This document shows positions 49,124 to 58,799 of a stretch of DNA of 64,000 bases, in pieces (the stretch's first letter is position 1; each line of letters starts with the position of its first letter). The DNA comes from an uncultured Granulosicoccaceae bacterium (GTDB lineage: Bacteria; Pseudomonadota; Gammaproteobacteria; Granulosicoccales; Granulosicoccaceae). Both the position numbers and the translations under genes were made by a program. The DNA lies in contig CAYUZB010000007.1 of NCBI GenBank assembly GCA_964449565.1, forward strand, positions 531-64,530, written 5' to 3'. Below the pieces are notes generated by a model. The model saw only the letters and a list, made by a program, of their open reading frames with translations. It had not been told where the DNA came from and did no database searches.

Positions 49124-50550
49124 TGTAAGGCCAGCAGTACTTTCATGACATAGTCGTCGAATGGCGCAACGGACGAATGACTGCCGGAAATTTGCACGAC
49201 ATACTGCCCGGCTGAGGCGATGACGGTGTAGTAGGGTATCTCATAATCCTGCAACACGCTTCGATGCACAGTTACATCCAATTCTGTCTTATCGGGCGCT
49301 GTAGCTCGCAATATGAAATGTTCGGATGAGTTGCTACTGCCGGGTAAATTGCTGTTGCTATGCAAGGTGCTGCCAAAGAGTTTTGCTGTTTTGTCAGACT
49401 CTGCCTGAATCAGGGTGATATCGCGTGGCGCATCGTCAGGGTTGTTCTGATCATAGAGCTGTACAGCAACCATCGCTTCGATTAACCGGGTAAAGCCATC
49501 GACTGCAGCTTCTCGACGATTTGGGTCGGCACGTAGATTTACACCTTTCAAGGGTGAGGATTCAACCGCAGCCCAGCTTCCGCTTGTCCAGGAATGATCG
49601 ATATTCTTGCTGGCAGATAGCAATTTCTGGTTATGCGCCTCTCTCGTCGTATTGGGAAATTTCTCAGGCGCAAGTATCTCTATTGGGTCCTGGGGAGGGT
49701 TGCGCAGCAATTGATCAATAAGTACCTCACCATTCTCGCGCTTCGACAATTGATCGATGAATCGCTCGCCTTCCACGTATGAATATTCGAGCACGTTGCG
49801 GCTGATGGCTTGAACGGTTTGGGTCAATTGATTGGGTGGATTGGTGCGGTTGAACATGAAGGTATCCAAAGCGTCCAGCCCATCAAGACAGTTTTGGACT
49901 GCGCAGATTTGTCGTGTCACCCATTGTGCATGACCTTCAAAGGTTGCCGACTGTGCAAAAGATGCACGAAAATTAAGTGAGCGGTTTTCATGTATGGCGT
50001 AGCGTTGATCATCTGCCGCATGGACAAGTTCATGAATCAATAGTGTCAATAATGCTGAACGGCGCAGACTGGGATTAGCAGGCAGGGATTTTTCGTAATG
50101 TTTCAGCATGCTTGTGCTGATCAGAATGGCTTTTTGTCGCGAGGTATACAGTGCGGCATAGGTCCCAGCTTGCCCTTTCATGACCATGGATAAAAAATTA
50201 TTCGAGAATTCGGGATTAGAGAACTGGCTTTTGATCAAGCGTTTTGTCTCAAGCGAAACTTCATCGTTAATGACTTCGTCACTGACGATAGACAGCCTAA
50301 CTTCGCTGAGATCGGTGCCAGTTTTATCTTCAACGAGCGTACGGGCGTCGTTGTACACCGACTGAATACTGTCAAACCAGGAAGTAGTCGAATTGCTATG
50401 CAGCCCAGCAGATGGGACTACTTCAGGATGCTGAGCGATGGCCAATTGCTCGCTTGCCTTGTCCCCGTCTGAGACGCTCTGACAAGCGGCGAGTACTAGT
50501 GCGCCTGTCAGCAACAGAGAATGACGGGCAGGCGGGTAGGTGAATGGCAT
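49120..50550 (-). CDS. lipoprotein with HExxH motif (putative zinc metalloprotease)
   Basis: Lipobox LVLAACQS. Single HExxH as LLIHELVHAADDQ. Otherwise no recognisable family. Confidence 0.55.
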   Translation of the reverse strand: MPFTYPPARHSLLLTGALVLAACQSVSDGDKASEQLAIAQHPEVVPSAGLHSNSTTSWFDSIQSVYNDARTLVEDKTGTDLSEVRLSIVSDEVINDEVSLETKRLIKSQFSNPEFSNNFLSMVMKGQAGTYAALYTSRQKAILISTSMLKHYEKSLPANPSLRRSALLTLLIHELVHAADDQRYAIHENRSLNFRASFAQSATFEGHAQWVTRQICAVQNCLDGLDALDTFMFNRTNPPNQLTQTVQAISRNVLEYSYVEGERFIDQLSKRENGEVLIDQLLRNPPQDPIEILAPEKFPNTTREAHNQKLLSASKNIDHSWTSGSWAAVESSPLKGVNLRADPNRREAAVDGFTRLIEAMVAVQLYDQNNPDDAPRDITLIQAESDKTAKLFGSTLHSNSNLPGSSNSSEHFILRATAPDKTELDVTVHRSVLQDYEIPYYTVIASAGQYVVQISGSHSSVAPFDDYVMKVLLALH

Positions 50551-50639
50551 GATGGGCCCAAGCTGGTATGACCCGGACAGTGTACCGTCAGCGCTCGTTC
50601 ATCGTTCAATCGGCATCACAGAATGCCGGTGCTGCGGGC

Positions 50640-50674
50640 AAAAAAACGGCGACCTGGTTGGGTCGCCGCTTTTC
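50640..50674. terminator. bidirectional rho-independent terminator
   Basis: CGGCGACC-TGGTTG-GGTCGCCG stem-loop flanked by an A7 run upstream and CTTTTCTT downstream. On the minus strand it follows the GH16 stop and is followed by GTTTTTTT. Confidence 0.8.
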
Positions 50675-50723
50675 TTCGCCTGTTTGGAAACTCGTCTCCG
50701 TGTTCGAGTTCACGGTTTTTACA

Positions 50724-52160
50724 TTAGCGCTGATAGGCGCGAATATAGTCGATCGTCATGCGTGCGGGAAATGGCGTGCTGTCATCCGGATCACCGGGCC
50801 ACCAGCCGCCGAGGGCCAGATTGACCAGCAGATACATTTCTTCCGAAGAGACATTGCCGCTGCTGTATGTATTGGTAACTTGGCCGTCGACGTACCAGGT
50901 GATGAGGCCTGGCTCCCATAGCACCGCATAGGTGTGAAAATCCTGCGAGTAATCCGGACCTACAGCTTGGAAGGTAGGCGTCGAGCGCAGGTCGAAATTC
51001 TCGAAGAAATGATAGGTCTGGAAAACGACATTCTGTCTGTCACCGATATATTCGACAACATCAATCTCAGGACGGTTGCGAAGTTCATTCTGATGCAACA
51101 ACCAGAAAGCCGACCAGAGACCTTTGCCGCGCGGCAGGCGAGCGCGCATTTCTACATAACCGTATTGCATGCGAAACTTGTTGTAGGTAGTCAAGGCACC
51201 GGATAGATAGGGTTGGTTGTTGGCCCTGCCACGTAAATGATCTGGCGTACGTGTGCCGTTAATCGTCATGTGCTCACCATCGAATTCAAAGGGTGAATGT
51301 CCGAAATTTGGATCATTGATGCGATCAACGTAGAATTGCCTTTCGCCATTGATGATGAAGTACGGCCCCCAACGGTAACTTGAGTTCCACTTTGAGGTAT
51401 CAAGACTGCTGCCGCGAAACTCATCGCTGAACACCAGTCGGTAGCCCGCAGGGACACTGCTGTTGCCGTCGTTTTGTGGCTGCGGAGGTGCCGCTGGTGT
51501 GATTCCACCGTTATCCGTTTGTGGGCTTGAGCCGTTGGCTGTATTGACCACGAGTTCGCTACTGCGAGACGAGAATTCATTGCCCCGGACCGAAACGATG
51601 TAGTAACGGTGGTCTGTACCGAAACTCAACTGTGTGTCGGTAAAGTCGGTGCCTTGCACCGTTGTCAAGTAATTGTTGTCTCGATAGACGTTATATTTTT
51701 CCGGGTTGCCGGCCGCCTGGTTCCAGAAAATTCTCGCCTGATTGCCGTTTTGCACTTCAGCTCGCAAACCGCTCGGTGCTGAGAAAGCGCTACCATTCGG
51801 GGCTGGAGGAGCTGCGACAGTGGTGGTGTTGCCTCCCGTGGTGACCAATGCCTGCGCAGATTGGCTTGAGAAATTTCTTGCATCATCGAAGGCGACAATG
51901 CTGTATTCATAACTGCTGCCAGCACTGACCTGATTATCCAGAAAGTTCGTATTGGACACGGTCGCGAAATAAGCGTTATTTCGGTAGACGTTGTAGCCTG
52001 CGACTCCGGTATCGTCCCAAGGTATGTTCCAGGTGACACGGATCGACGTCGAGCTTAGTGCACTAGCTTGCACATTATTAACAACCGAAGGTGGTTGAGT
52101 ATCAGCCATGACCAGAGTCGTGCTGCCAAGTGTGAGCAGCGCGAAAAGAAATGTTCGCAT
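50724..52160 (-). CDS. secreted GH16 beta-glucanase (laminarinase-like) with two N-terminal FN3 domains
   Basis: Signal peptide. Two repeats of the FN3-like pattern (SIRVTWNIPWDDTGVAGYNVYRNN; ARIFWNQAAGNPEKYNVYRDN). GH16 catalytic motif PEIDVVEY in a jelly-roll-like C-terminus. Confidence 0.8.
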   Translation of the reverse strand: MRTFLFALLTLGSTTLVMADTQPPSVVNNVQASALSSTSIRVTWNIPWDDTGVAGYNVYRNNAYFATVSNTNFLDNQVSAGSSYEYSIVAFDDARNFSSQSAQALVTTGGNTTTVAAPPAPNGSAFSAPSGLRAEVQNGNQARIFWNQAAGNPEKYNVYRDNNYLTTVQGTDFTDTQLSFGTDHRYYIVSVRGNEFSSRSSELVVNTANGSSPQTDNGGITPAAPPQPQNDGNSSVPAGYRLVFSDEFRGSSLDTSKWNSSYRWGPYFIINGERQFYVDRINDPNFGHSPFEFDGEHMTINGTRTPDHLRGRANNQPYLSGALTTYNKFRMQYGYVEMRARLPRGKGLWSAFWLLHQNELRNRPEIDVVEYIGDRQNVVFQTYHFFENFDLRSTPTFQAVGPDYSQDFHTYAVLWEPGLITWYVDGQVTNTYSSGNVSSEEMYLLVNLALGGWWPGDPDDSTPFPARMTIDYIRAYQR

Positions 52161-52493
52161 TATTGTTCCGTAATTTAGTGAATGAAGACGTTTGGTCGTT
52201 ACTCGCTCGCAAGCAACGACCTTGTGAGTTCAGCTCGATGAGATCACTCTTGTCTGAGTCGTTGTTTGCTTATCGAAAGGCTAGTAGCGAGACCTGAATT
52301 AAACCTTAAATTTATGGCTTGAAACATGACGTCTCTGTTATGCCACTGTTAAGTCGACCACGCCCGAAATGAATGCGTGAAAGTGTTGCATTCATAGGTT
52401 TATACGCTTAGCGAGAAGCGCGCCTGCAGACGAAGGTGATGTGCTTGATGTAGTTACAACATTGAAACTTAACAATCAGGAAAGTTTGGTGAG

Positions 52494-53483
52494 TTAAGCA
52501 TTCACGTTTACCAGCACACGTCCTTGTACCTTTCCTTCGAGAATATCCTTGCCTAATGTTGCAACTTCAAGTAACGAAACCTCGCTTGAGATCGTATCGA
52601 GCTGATCGGTTGGCAGGTCTTTAGCAAGTCGACTCCAGGCGTCAAGTCGAATGTCGGAAGGGCACATAACGGAATCCACTCCGAGCAGGCTGACACCGCG
52701 AAGCAGGAACGGGATGACAGTGGTGTCCAGCATGCTGCCTCCCGCGAGGCCAATGGCAGCCACTGCACCACGATATTTCAGTTGGGTCAGAATGTTGGCC
52801 AGGGTACTGCCGCCGACTGTATCAATACAGCCCGCCCAGTATTCTTTATTAAGTGGTTTGCCATTTGGGGTATCAAGGTCGCCACGCGCGACAATGCGTG
52901 AAACTCCCAGGCCCTTGAGATAATCTTCCGTCGCAGCGCGACCGGTTGAGCCTTCAACGGTATAGCCGGCCTGCGCAAGCAAACTGCAGGCGACCGACCC
53001 AACACCGCCTGCAGCGCCGGTGACAAGAATGGGACCACTATCGGGAGTGATGCCCGCAGACTCGAGCGTCATGACACCGAGCATGGCGGAAAAACCCGCA
53101 GTACCGATGGCCATCGCTTGTCGGGAGCTCAGTCCCTTTGGCAGGGGTACCAGCCAGTCACCTTTCACCCGCGCCTTTTGTGCATAACCGCCCCAATGGA
53201 CTTCGCCGACTCGCCAGCCCGTGAGCACAACTGCGTCGCCGGGTTTGTAGTTGGCGTGGTTGCTTGATTCGACAATGCCGGCAAAGTCGATTCCGGGTAC
53301 ATGAGGATACTCGCGAACGAGGCCACCGAGACCATTGAGTACCAGTCCGTCCTTGTAATTCAAGGCGGAGTAATCAACCTTGACGGTGACATCGCCGTCC
53401 GGGAGGTCTGAATCGTTGAGTTCGACAATGCTGGCGGTAACGGATTTATCATCACCGCGATTGACTTGCAAAGCTTTGAACAT
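52494..53483 (-). CDS. acuI: acrylyl-CoA reductase / YhdH-type MDR oxidoreductase
   Basis: MFKALQV...VTVKVDYSALNYKDGL... and GAAGGVGS NADPH motif; 329 aa. Confidence 0.8.
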   Translation of the reverse strand: MFKALQVNRGDDKSVTASIVELNDSDLPDGDVTVKVDYSALNYKDGLVLNGLGGLVREYPHVPGIDFAGIVESSNHANYKPGDAVVLTGWRVGEVHWGGYAQKARVKGDWLVPLPKGLSSRQAMAIGTAGFSAMLGVMTLESAGITPDSGPILVTGAAGGVGSVACSLLAQAGYTVEGSTGRAATEDYLKGLGVSRIVARGDLDTPNGKPLNKEYWAGCIDTVGGSTLANILTQLKYRGAVAAIGLAGGSMLDTTVIPFLLRGVSLLGVDSVMCPSDIRLDAWSRLAKDLPTDQLDTISSEVSLLEVATLGKDILEGKVQGRVLVNVNA

Positions 53484-53537
53484 AGGAGATCCTTTGGACG
53501 GTTGGGTTTCTAGGTGGCCAGTCAGCTAAATAGCAGG

Positions 53538-53912
53538 TCAACGACTCGATTGCGCGAGTTGCAGGAACGGATTGACTGAAACATAAACGATAAACAGACA
53601 AAACGCGAAGATCGCAAGCATCGCAAATGGGCGAGCTTGAATGGACTCGATCAATGTGGGTGCCCGCCCGCTTTTCTGTAATTCGCGAAACCGTGCTCGT
53701 TCGTTACTGCTGAGTTCTTGTTGGAAGGTGTCGATCAATGCTCTGGCTCGCTGTGCGTCATCGGCATCTTTGACCCAGAGACCTGGCATGCCAATTCCCC
53801 AGTTGCCAGCAGCTGTCTCGAACCAGTCGATTCGGTGCTCATCCAAGAGATTGCGTACTTGCATCGCTTCGTCCTCAGGGACGTTACGCAGGCGGAAAAT
53901 CAGGGCAGACAT
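53538..53912 (-). CDS. small hypothetical protein with C-terminal TM helix
   Basis: From MSALIFRLRNVPEDEAMQVRNLLDEHRIDW..., with C-terminal FAMLAIFAFCLFIVYVSV. No motif assigned. Confidence 0.5.
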   Translation of the reverse strand: MSALIFRLRNVPEDEAMQVRNLLDEHRIDWFETAAGNWGIGMPGLWVKDADDAQRARALIDTFQQELSSNERARFRELQKSGRAPTLIESIQARPFAMLAIFAFCLFIVYVSVNPFLQLAQSSR

Positions 53913-54009
53913 GGTTTGCGTGCATGGCTCCGGCAACTAGCTTGGCACAGGGTATACCAAAGTGAAGTCGGACATCAGCTCAGAGGCCGGAACTCAGAGG
54001 CTGGGTTAT

Positions 54010-54879
54010 TCAGTCACGGAGCCAGTCGGCAAATCGTAGCTCAAGTGCATTGATGGCAGCAACGCGTCCTCGTTTCAGGGCACCGGTTTTGAAGATGTCG
54101 AATTTTTCTCTGAACATGGCCAATGCCTGCGCCTGTTGCTGAGGATTTGCCTTGCCGCTGGCAAGCAGTTTGTCGAGCGCCTCGAGGCGATACTGGTCCA
54201 TCGCCGGATACCGCTGCGATAACTGATCTGCATGCCCCCCTGTTTTCTCGACTAGCGGCTCATCGATATACAGCACCGGTTCACCGACGGTTATGCGAAG
54301 CCATAAATCGTAGTCCTCACAGGCAGGGAGCGTTTCGTCAAACAAACCGATGTCCGCAAACACATCCCGCCGAATCATCACCGAAGATGGCGACATCGCA
54401 CACAAGGGCAGACATTTCGAAAAAATGTCACCACCGTACTTCTGGTGCTTGTGTTTCGGATTCACACGCCTGCCCCGGCGTATCCAGTGCTCGTCGGTGT
54501 GACACACCCGCATCTCAGGAGCAGACCTCAGCGCCGCCAGCTGCCGCTCGAGTTTAGTCGGAAACCAACTGTCATCAGAATCCAACAACGCCACCCAGCG
54601 AGATGCTGAGTTTTGGACACCCACATTTCGCGCGGACGAAACGCCGCGATTTTGCTGGGTGATTACGGTGATCCCGGAGACGTGGCTTGGGTATTGACTG
54701 GCCAGCCAGTGACCAGTGCCATCAGTGGATCCGTCATCGACAACGATGATTTCGTCCGCAGAATGGGTTTGCGTGAGAACCGAATCCAGCGCACGGGCCA
54801 GTGTGTGTTGTCGGTTGTGCGTGGGGATGATGACAGAGATGCTTTCGCCGGAAATTTGATCAGTTGTGCTTGTACTTAT
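54010..54879 (-). CDS. family 2 glycosyltransferase; conserved N-terminus has no canonical start codon (possible ATA start or incipient pseudogene)
   Basis: The in-frame translation upstream of the track start (GTG 54624) reads ISVIIPTHNRQHTLARALDSVLTQTHSADEIIVVDDGSTDGT...NRGVSSARNVGVQNSASRWVALLDSDD. This is the whole GT-A nucleotide-binding half. There is no ATG, GTG or TTG in the 89 in-frame codons between GTG 54624 and the in-frame stop (54892-54894). Confidence 0.7.
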   Translation of the reverse strand: MSTSTTDQISGESISVIIPTHNRQHTLARALDSVLTQTHSADEIIVVDDGSTDGTGHWLASQYPSHVSGITVITQQNRGVSSARNVGVQNSASRWVALLDSDDSWFPTKLERQLAALRSAPEMRVCHTDEHWIRRGRRVNPKHKHQKYGGDIFSKCLPLCAMSPSSVMIRRDVFADIGLFDETLPACEDYDLWLRITVGEPVLYIDEPLVEKTGGHADQLSQRYPAMDQYRLEALDKLLASGKANPQQQAQALAMFREKFDIFKTGALKRGRVAAINALELRFADWLRD

Positions 54880-55967
54880 TTTGAAACCTCGTCAGCAATG
54901 ATTGCGATGCAATCGCCTGCGGTGACCCGGCCGCCATGGCGTATCGCGTAGAGCACACCATTGAACGGTACCGGAATCACGACAGGTGCTGCCCCTGTGA
55001 GTGAGGGGTCAATGATATGCGCGAGAGCGTTACCGTGCCAGATGTCGTTGCCAAGACGTATTACCGGTTCGAGGAGACCGGATGTTTCGGCGTACACATA
55101 GTGTTTCGGCCCACGTACTTCCAGCATTCGCGAAGCCCGCAGGATTATCTCTGCGTTCAGGACACCCATTTGTATCAGCAGGTTGCGGCAACCGGTACGG
55201 GCAATCTCAAGTGTTTCCGCTGAACTACTGCCCCCGCCACCGAGTTCGGTCTGCAGATAGCGGATACCAGCCGCCGCCACGCAGCGCTGCAAGCTCATCG
55301 GATCGTTTGACTCAGGCAGGCGTACGCTATTGGGGGCGCCAAACGCCACCATGCTGTTTTCGGTAGTCTGCTGGTGATCCTTGTCGTCGGAGAAGCGCAC
55401 CACCGCCGATGGGGCGAATTGGAGCGACCGGCCACCGGAACGAATGTCGAGCACCAGTTCGGCGGGGCGAATCAGGTGCTCGAACACAGCCTGAGCCAAT
55501 TGCTCGGTCACCGTGCCGTGACTGGCACCAGGAAAGCAGGCATCAAGATCCCGTCCATCAAGTGGTGAGAATCGACTACCGTTGCTCACGGCCGGCAGAT
55601 TGACGCTCGGCACCAGTATGAGACACCCACAAATATCATTGGCATCAAGTTCGCGACTGAGCCGTTGCAGCGCCAGAGGCCCTTCGAACTCATCGCCGTG
55701 GATGCCAGCAATCAGGGTCACCGTTGGTCCTTTGCCATTGCGAAGTACGCAAACCGGTATTCTGAGATGGCCAAATGCCGAGTGCTCGCTGGGACAAGGG
55801 ATGCTCAGATGCCCATGCTGTTTGCCATCGATATCAAGATCCACACTCAGCGCACCCGCTCCTGCGCTATGCTCTGCGCTGGCTGAAACCCGGAGTCTTG
55901 AGCTGCTCTGTACCGACAGGTCAATGTCTAGATTCTCGGTATCGAACTGATACGGAAATTCACTCAT
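54876..55967 (-). CDS. succinylglutamate desuccinylase/aspartoacylase (M14 AstE/AspA) family protein
   Basis: GIHGDEFEGPLAL zinc-binding motif and 363 aa. Confidence 0.75.
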   Translation of the reverse strand: MSEFPYQFDTENLDIDLSVQSSSRLRVSASAEHSAGAGALSVDLDIDGKQHGHLSIPCPSEHSAFGHLRIPVCVLRNGKGPTVTLIAGIHGDEFEGPLALQRLSRELDANDICGCLILVPSVNLPAVSNGSRFSPLDGRDLDACFPGASHGTVTEQLAQAVFEHLIRPAELVLDIRSGGRSLQFAPSAVVRFSDDKDHQQTTENSMVAFGAPNSVRLPESNDPMSLQRCVAAAGIRYLQTELGGGGSSSAETLEIARTGCRNLLIQMGVLNAEIILRASRMLEVRGPKHYVYAETSGLLEPVIRLGNDIWHGNALAHIIDPSLTGAAPVVIPVPFNGVLYAIRHGGRVTAGDCIAIIADEVSK

Positions 55968-56041
55968 GATCGTGGAGGAGGGCGCTAGTACTTAGGTACT
56001 CCTGCCAATGCAAAAGCTGTGCTAACCCTACGTAGACCCTA

Positions 56042-57823
56042 TTGATGACCAACGCACAACTACTAATAAGCGGCATTTTGCTACTGACCCTGATCGCCTT
56101 CGTCTGGGGCCGTTGGCGCTATGACCTCGTCGCCATGTTTGCTCTGATGAGCGCCGTCGTGGCGGGTCTCGTTGATCCTAATCAGGCTTTCGAGGGTTTC
56201 GGCCATCCAGCGGTCATCACGGTGGCGGCTGTATTGATCATCAGTAGTGCCTTGCGAGAAGCTGGTGTTGTTGATGAGGTGGCAGGTCGAATAGCCCATT
56301 TGACCGAAACGCCCGTCATGCATATCGCATCTCTGACTGCCGTTGTTACCGTGGCATCGGCTTTCATGAACAACGTCGGGGCGTTGGCCTTGTTGTTGCC
56401 GATTGCACTATCGACTGCCGATGAACGCAAGCGATCACCCGCACTGATACTGATGCCCTTGGCTTTCGGCAGTCTTCTGGGTGGGATGATGACCCTGATT
56501 GGAACACCACCAAACATTATTGTCGCGAGTATACGGGCGGAACATTCCGGAGAGCCGTTCGGCATGTTTGATTTTGCCCCTGTTGGTTTGCCGATTGCGA
56601 TCATCGGTTTCGCTTTCATCTGCCTGATCAGCTGGCGTCTGATTCCACGCGCACGTCTGACTTACAACGAAGATGGCAGTGCCGCAACGATGGGTGTTTA
56701 TCTGACCGAGGCAAAAGTACCTGCGGGCTCTGACATGATCGGCAAGACGCTTGGCGAGATTGACGTAGTTGATGATGATAATGTTGAAGTCATTGGTGTT
56801 GCAGGCAAGCGTCGGTTTGCACGAGCAGTACGCTCAAGTTATGTTATTGCCGAAGAAGACATACTTATCCTTAGAGCCAACCCCGATGATTTGAAGAGCT
56901 TCCATGATCAGCATGGGCTTGAGTTGCTGAGTACAGCGACGCCAGCATTTGTACAGCCTTCTGCTGACAGTGAGGTTATGGCCGAGGGTATTGTTAAAAA
57001 CGATTCCGCGTTGGTCGGCAAGGATGTTAGTTTTATCCGCCAGCAAACCAGTAGAACTCTTGCACTTGTCGGACTAGCCCGACAAGGCCGGCCGGTTACG
57101 CGCCGATTGCGTCAACAAATTTTTCGTGCGGGCGACGTATTGTTGTTACACGGTTCTGATGATAATGTTGACCAACAGTTTGGTGCGCTTGGCTTGCTTC
57201 CACTCAAGCAGCGACCCATCACTTTGCATCGCACGCAAAAAATAGCGATGGCTAGTGGCATCTTTGCTCTCAGTATCGTGCTTGGTATTGCTGGAGTAGT
57301 AACCTTGCCGGTAGCTTTTGTATTAGCAGTTGGTGCGTACGTATTGACTGGGATACTGTCGACGCGCCAGATTTACGATGACATTGACTGGCCGGTCATC
57401 GTTTTGCTGGCTGCGATGATTCCGGTGGGTAATGCATTGACCACCTCCGGTACTACGCAACTCGTGGCCGATGCACTAGTGACCGTCACTGAAGGGATGC
57501 CGATACCACTGATACTGGCTCTGTTGCTGGTCGTCACCATGTTGTTATCTGATGTAATCAATAACGCGGCGACAGCACTGGTTATGGCGCCATTGGGAAT
57601 TGCCATGGCAACCGCCTTGGGCGTGAACGCGGATCCTTTTCTGATGGCGGTGGCTGTGGGTGCTTCCTGCGCCTTCCTCACGCCCATCGGGCACCAGTGC
57701 AACACATTGGTGATGGGGCCCGGCGGTTATAAGTTCAGCGATTACTGGCGTGTTGGTCTACCACTTGAAATCATCATCACGATCGTCAGTGTGCCAATGA
57801 TCCTGTGGGCCTGGCCGCTTTGA
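56042..57823 (+). CDS. SLC13/DASS-type permease with central TrkA-C domains
   Basis: Multi-TM halves flank a soluble about 200-aa insert (GKTLGEIDVVDDDNVEVIGV...; GKDVSFIRQQTSRTLALVGLAR...), typical of TrkA-C pairs. Confidence 0.75.
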   Translation: MMTNAQLLISGILLLTLIAFVWGRWRYDLVAMFALMSAVVAGLVDPNQAFEGFGHPAVITVAAVLIISSALREAGVVDEVAGRIAHLTETPVMHIASLTAVVTVASAFMNNVGALALLLPIALSTADERKRSPALILMPLAFGSLLGGMMTLIGTPPNIIVASIRAEHSGEPFGMFDFAPVGLPIAIIGFAFICLISWRLIPRARLTYNEDGSAATMGVYLTEAKVPAGSDMIGKTLGEIDVVDDDNVEVIGVAGKRRFARAVRSSYVIAEEDILILRANPDDLKSFHDQHGLELLSTATPAFVQPSADSEVMAEGIVKNDSALVGKDVSFIRQQTSRTLALVGLARQGRPVTRRLRQQIFRAGDVLLLHGSDDNVDQQFGALGLLPLKQRPITLHRTQKIAMASGIFALSIVLGIAGVVTLPVAFVLAVGAYVLTGILSTRQIYDDIDWPVIVLLAAMIPVGNALTTSGTTQLVADALVTVTEGMPIPLILALLLVVTMLLSDVINNAATALVMAPLGIAMATALGVNADPFLMAVAVGASCAFLTPIGHQCNTLVMGPGGYKFSDYWRVGLPLEIIITIVSVPMILWAWPL

Positions 57824-57845
57824 TCGTGACGATGATGTCTCTCAC

Positions 57846-58532
57846 TCAGATCGGTGAGCGCCAGGCATCGTTTTCACGACCTTCTACAAACGTCTTCAGA
57901 TATATTTCAACCCGACGGTTGCGGCTTCGACCTGAGCTGGTGTCGTTGTTGGCAATCGGTTTGGTTTCACCACGTCCTGAAAAACGCATGCGTTCGCGAT
58001 CAACACCGGTGCGAGTCAGGTAACGTGTAACAGCAGTGGCACGCTTTTCGGACAACTGCTGGTTGTAGCTATCGGTTCCTGTGCTGTCAGTGTGGCCTAT
58101 AACGTGTACCGCCGTCTTGTCATAATCGCCAATGACATCGGCCATCGTGTTCAGGCTGTCCTGGAAGTTTCTCTGTAAATCAGCGCTGTTGATCGCAAAC
58201 GATACTTCGCTACTGACATCAAGGCGAATAGTTTCTTCGTCCAGGCGGGTCAAGGTAACCTTACCTTCACGACGTTCGGCAGCCAGCCGCTCTTCAAGCT
58301 CACGTTGTTGCTTGTCCATATATCTGCCTACAGCTGCACCGGTCAGCGCACCGACAACGGCGCCGACGTACTTACCATTTTTACTGCTGGATTGATTGCC
58401 TACAATAGCACCGGTGATCGCACCAATCGCCGCGCCAGTTTTGGTACGCCGATTCGGATCATCGGTTGCGCAAGCAGAAGCCAGTAACAGAGTAATTGTT
58501 GCGGTTGCGATCGCGTTGCGATATGAGTTCAT
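57846..58532 (-). CDS. OmpA-family lipoprotein with glycine-zipper (YiaD-like)
   Basis: Lipobox LLLASCAT, glycine zipper GAAIGAITGAIVG...GAVVGALTGAAVG, and OmpA-C domain GHTDSTGTDSYNQQLSEKRATAV...NRRVEI. Confidence 0.85.
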   Translation of the reverse strand: MNSYRNAIATATITLLLASACATDDPNRRTKTGAAIGAITGAIVGNQSSSKNGKYVGAVVGALTGAAVGRYMDKQQRELEERLAAERREGKVTLTRLDEETIRLDVSSEVSFAINSADLQRNFQDSLNTMADVIGDYDKTAVHVIGHTDSTGTDSYNQQLSEKRATAVTRYLTRTGVDRERMRFSGRGETKPIANNDTSSGRSRNRRVEIYLKTFVEGRENDAWRSPI

Positions 58533-58799
58533 GTCGGGTGTCTCTCTTGTTTTTGTTTTGTGACAACCATCACCTCATAGGATGATTTGGCGCGTCCATG
58601 CCAGGCACTGCCTGCGGTTCTATTCAGGGTTTCGGCGCTGTTTGAAAATTATCGAGTGATCAATTTGCAATTGAGTGGAGTCGAACAGATTTCTAATTCG
58701 AAACTGTGCACTCGTACGATCAAATCCGGAATCCTCAAACGAAAGCTTGAAGGCGTTATCATTGCAAGCGTGATTTCAACCAAGCGACCTTACGACACC

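Noticed and set aside
54614-55633. Exact 12-mers shared with the 46.5-kb repeat (TGGACACCCACA at 54614-54625; GACACCCACAAA at 55622-55633)
   Set aside because: Both copies lie inside coding sequence and encode ordinary conserved residues (NVGVQ of the GT2 ARNxG motif; ICGCL of the M14 gene). I cannot compute significance here, and the flanks do not match the repeat. I treat it as coincidence unless a genome-wide motif count says otherwise.
58587-58799. Upstream extension of the csaA ORF (TTG start)
   Set aside because: It has no homology-like features. The tRNA-binding domain begins at MNLIEWDDF.
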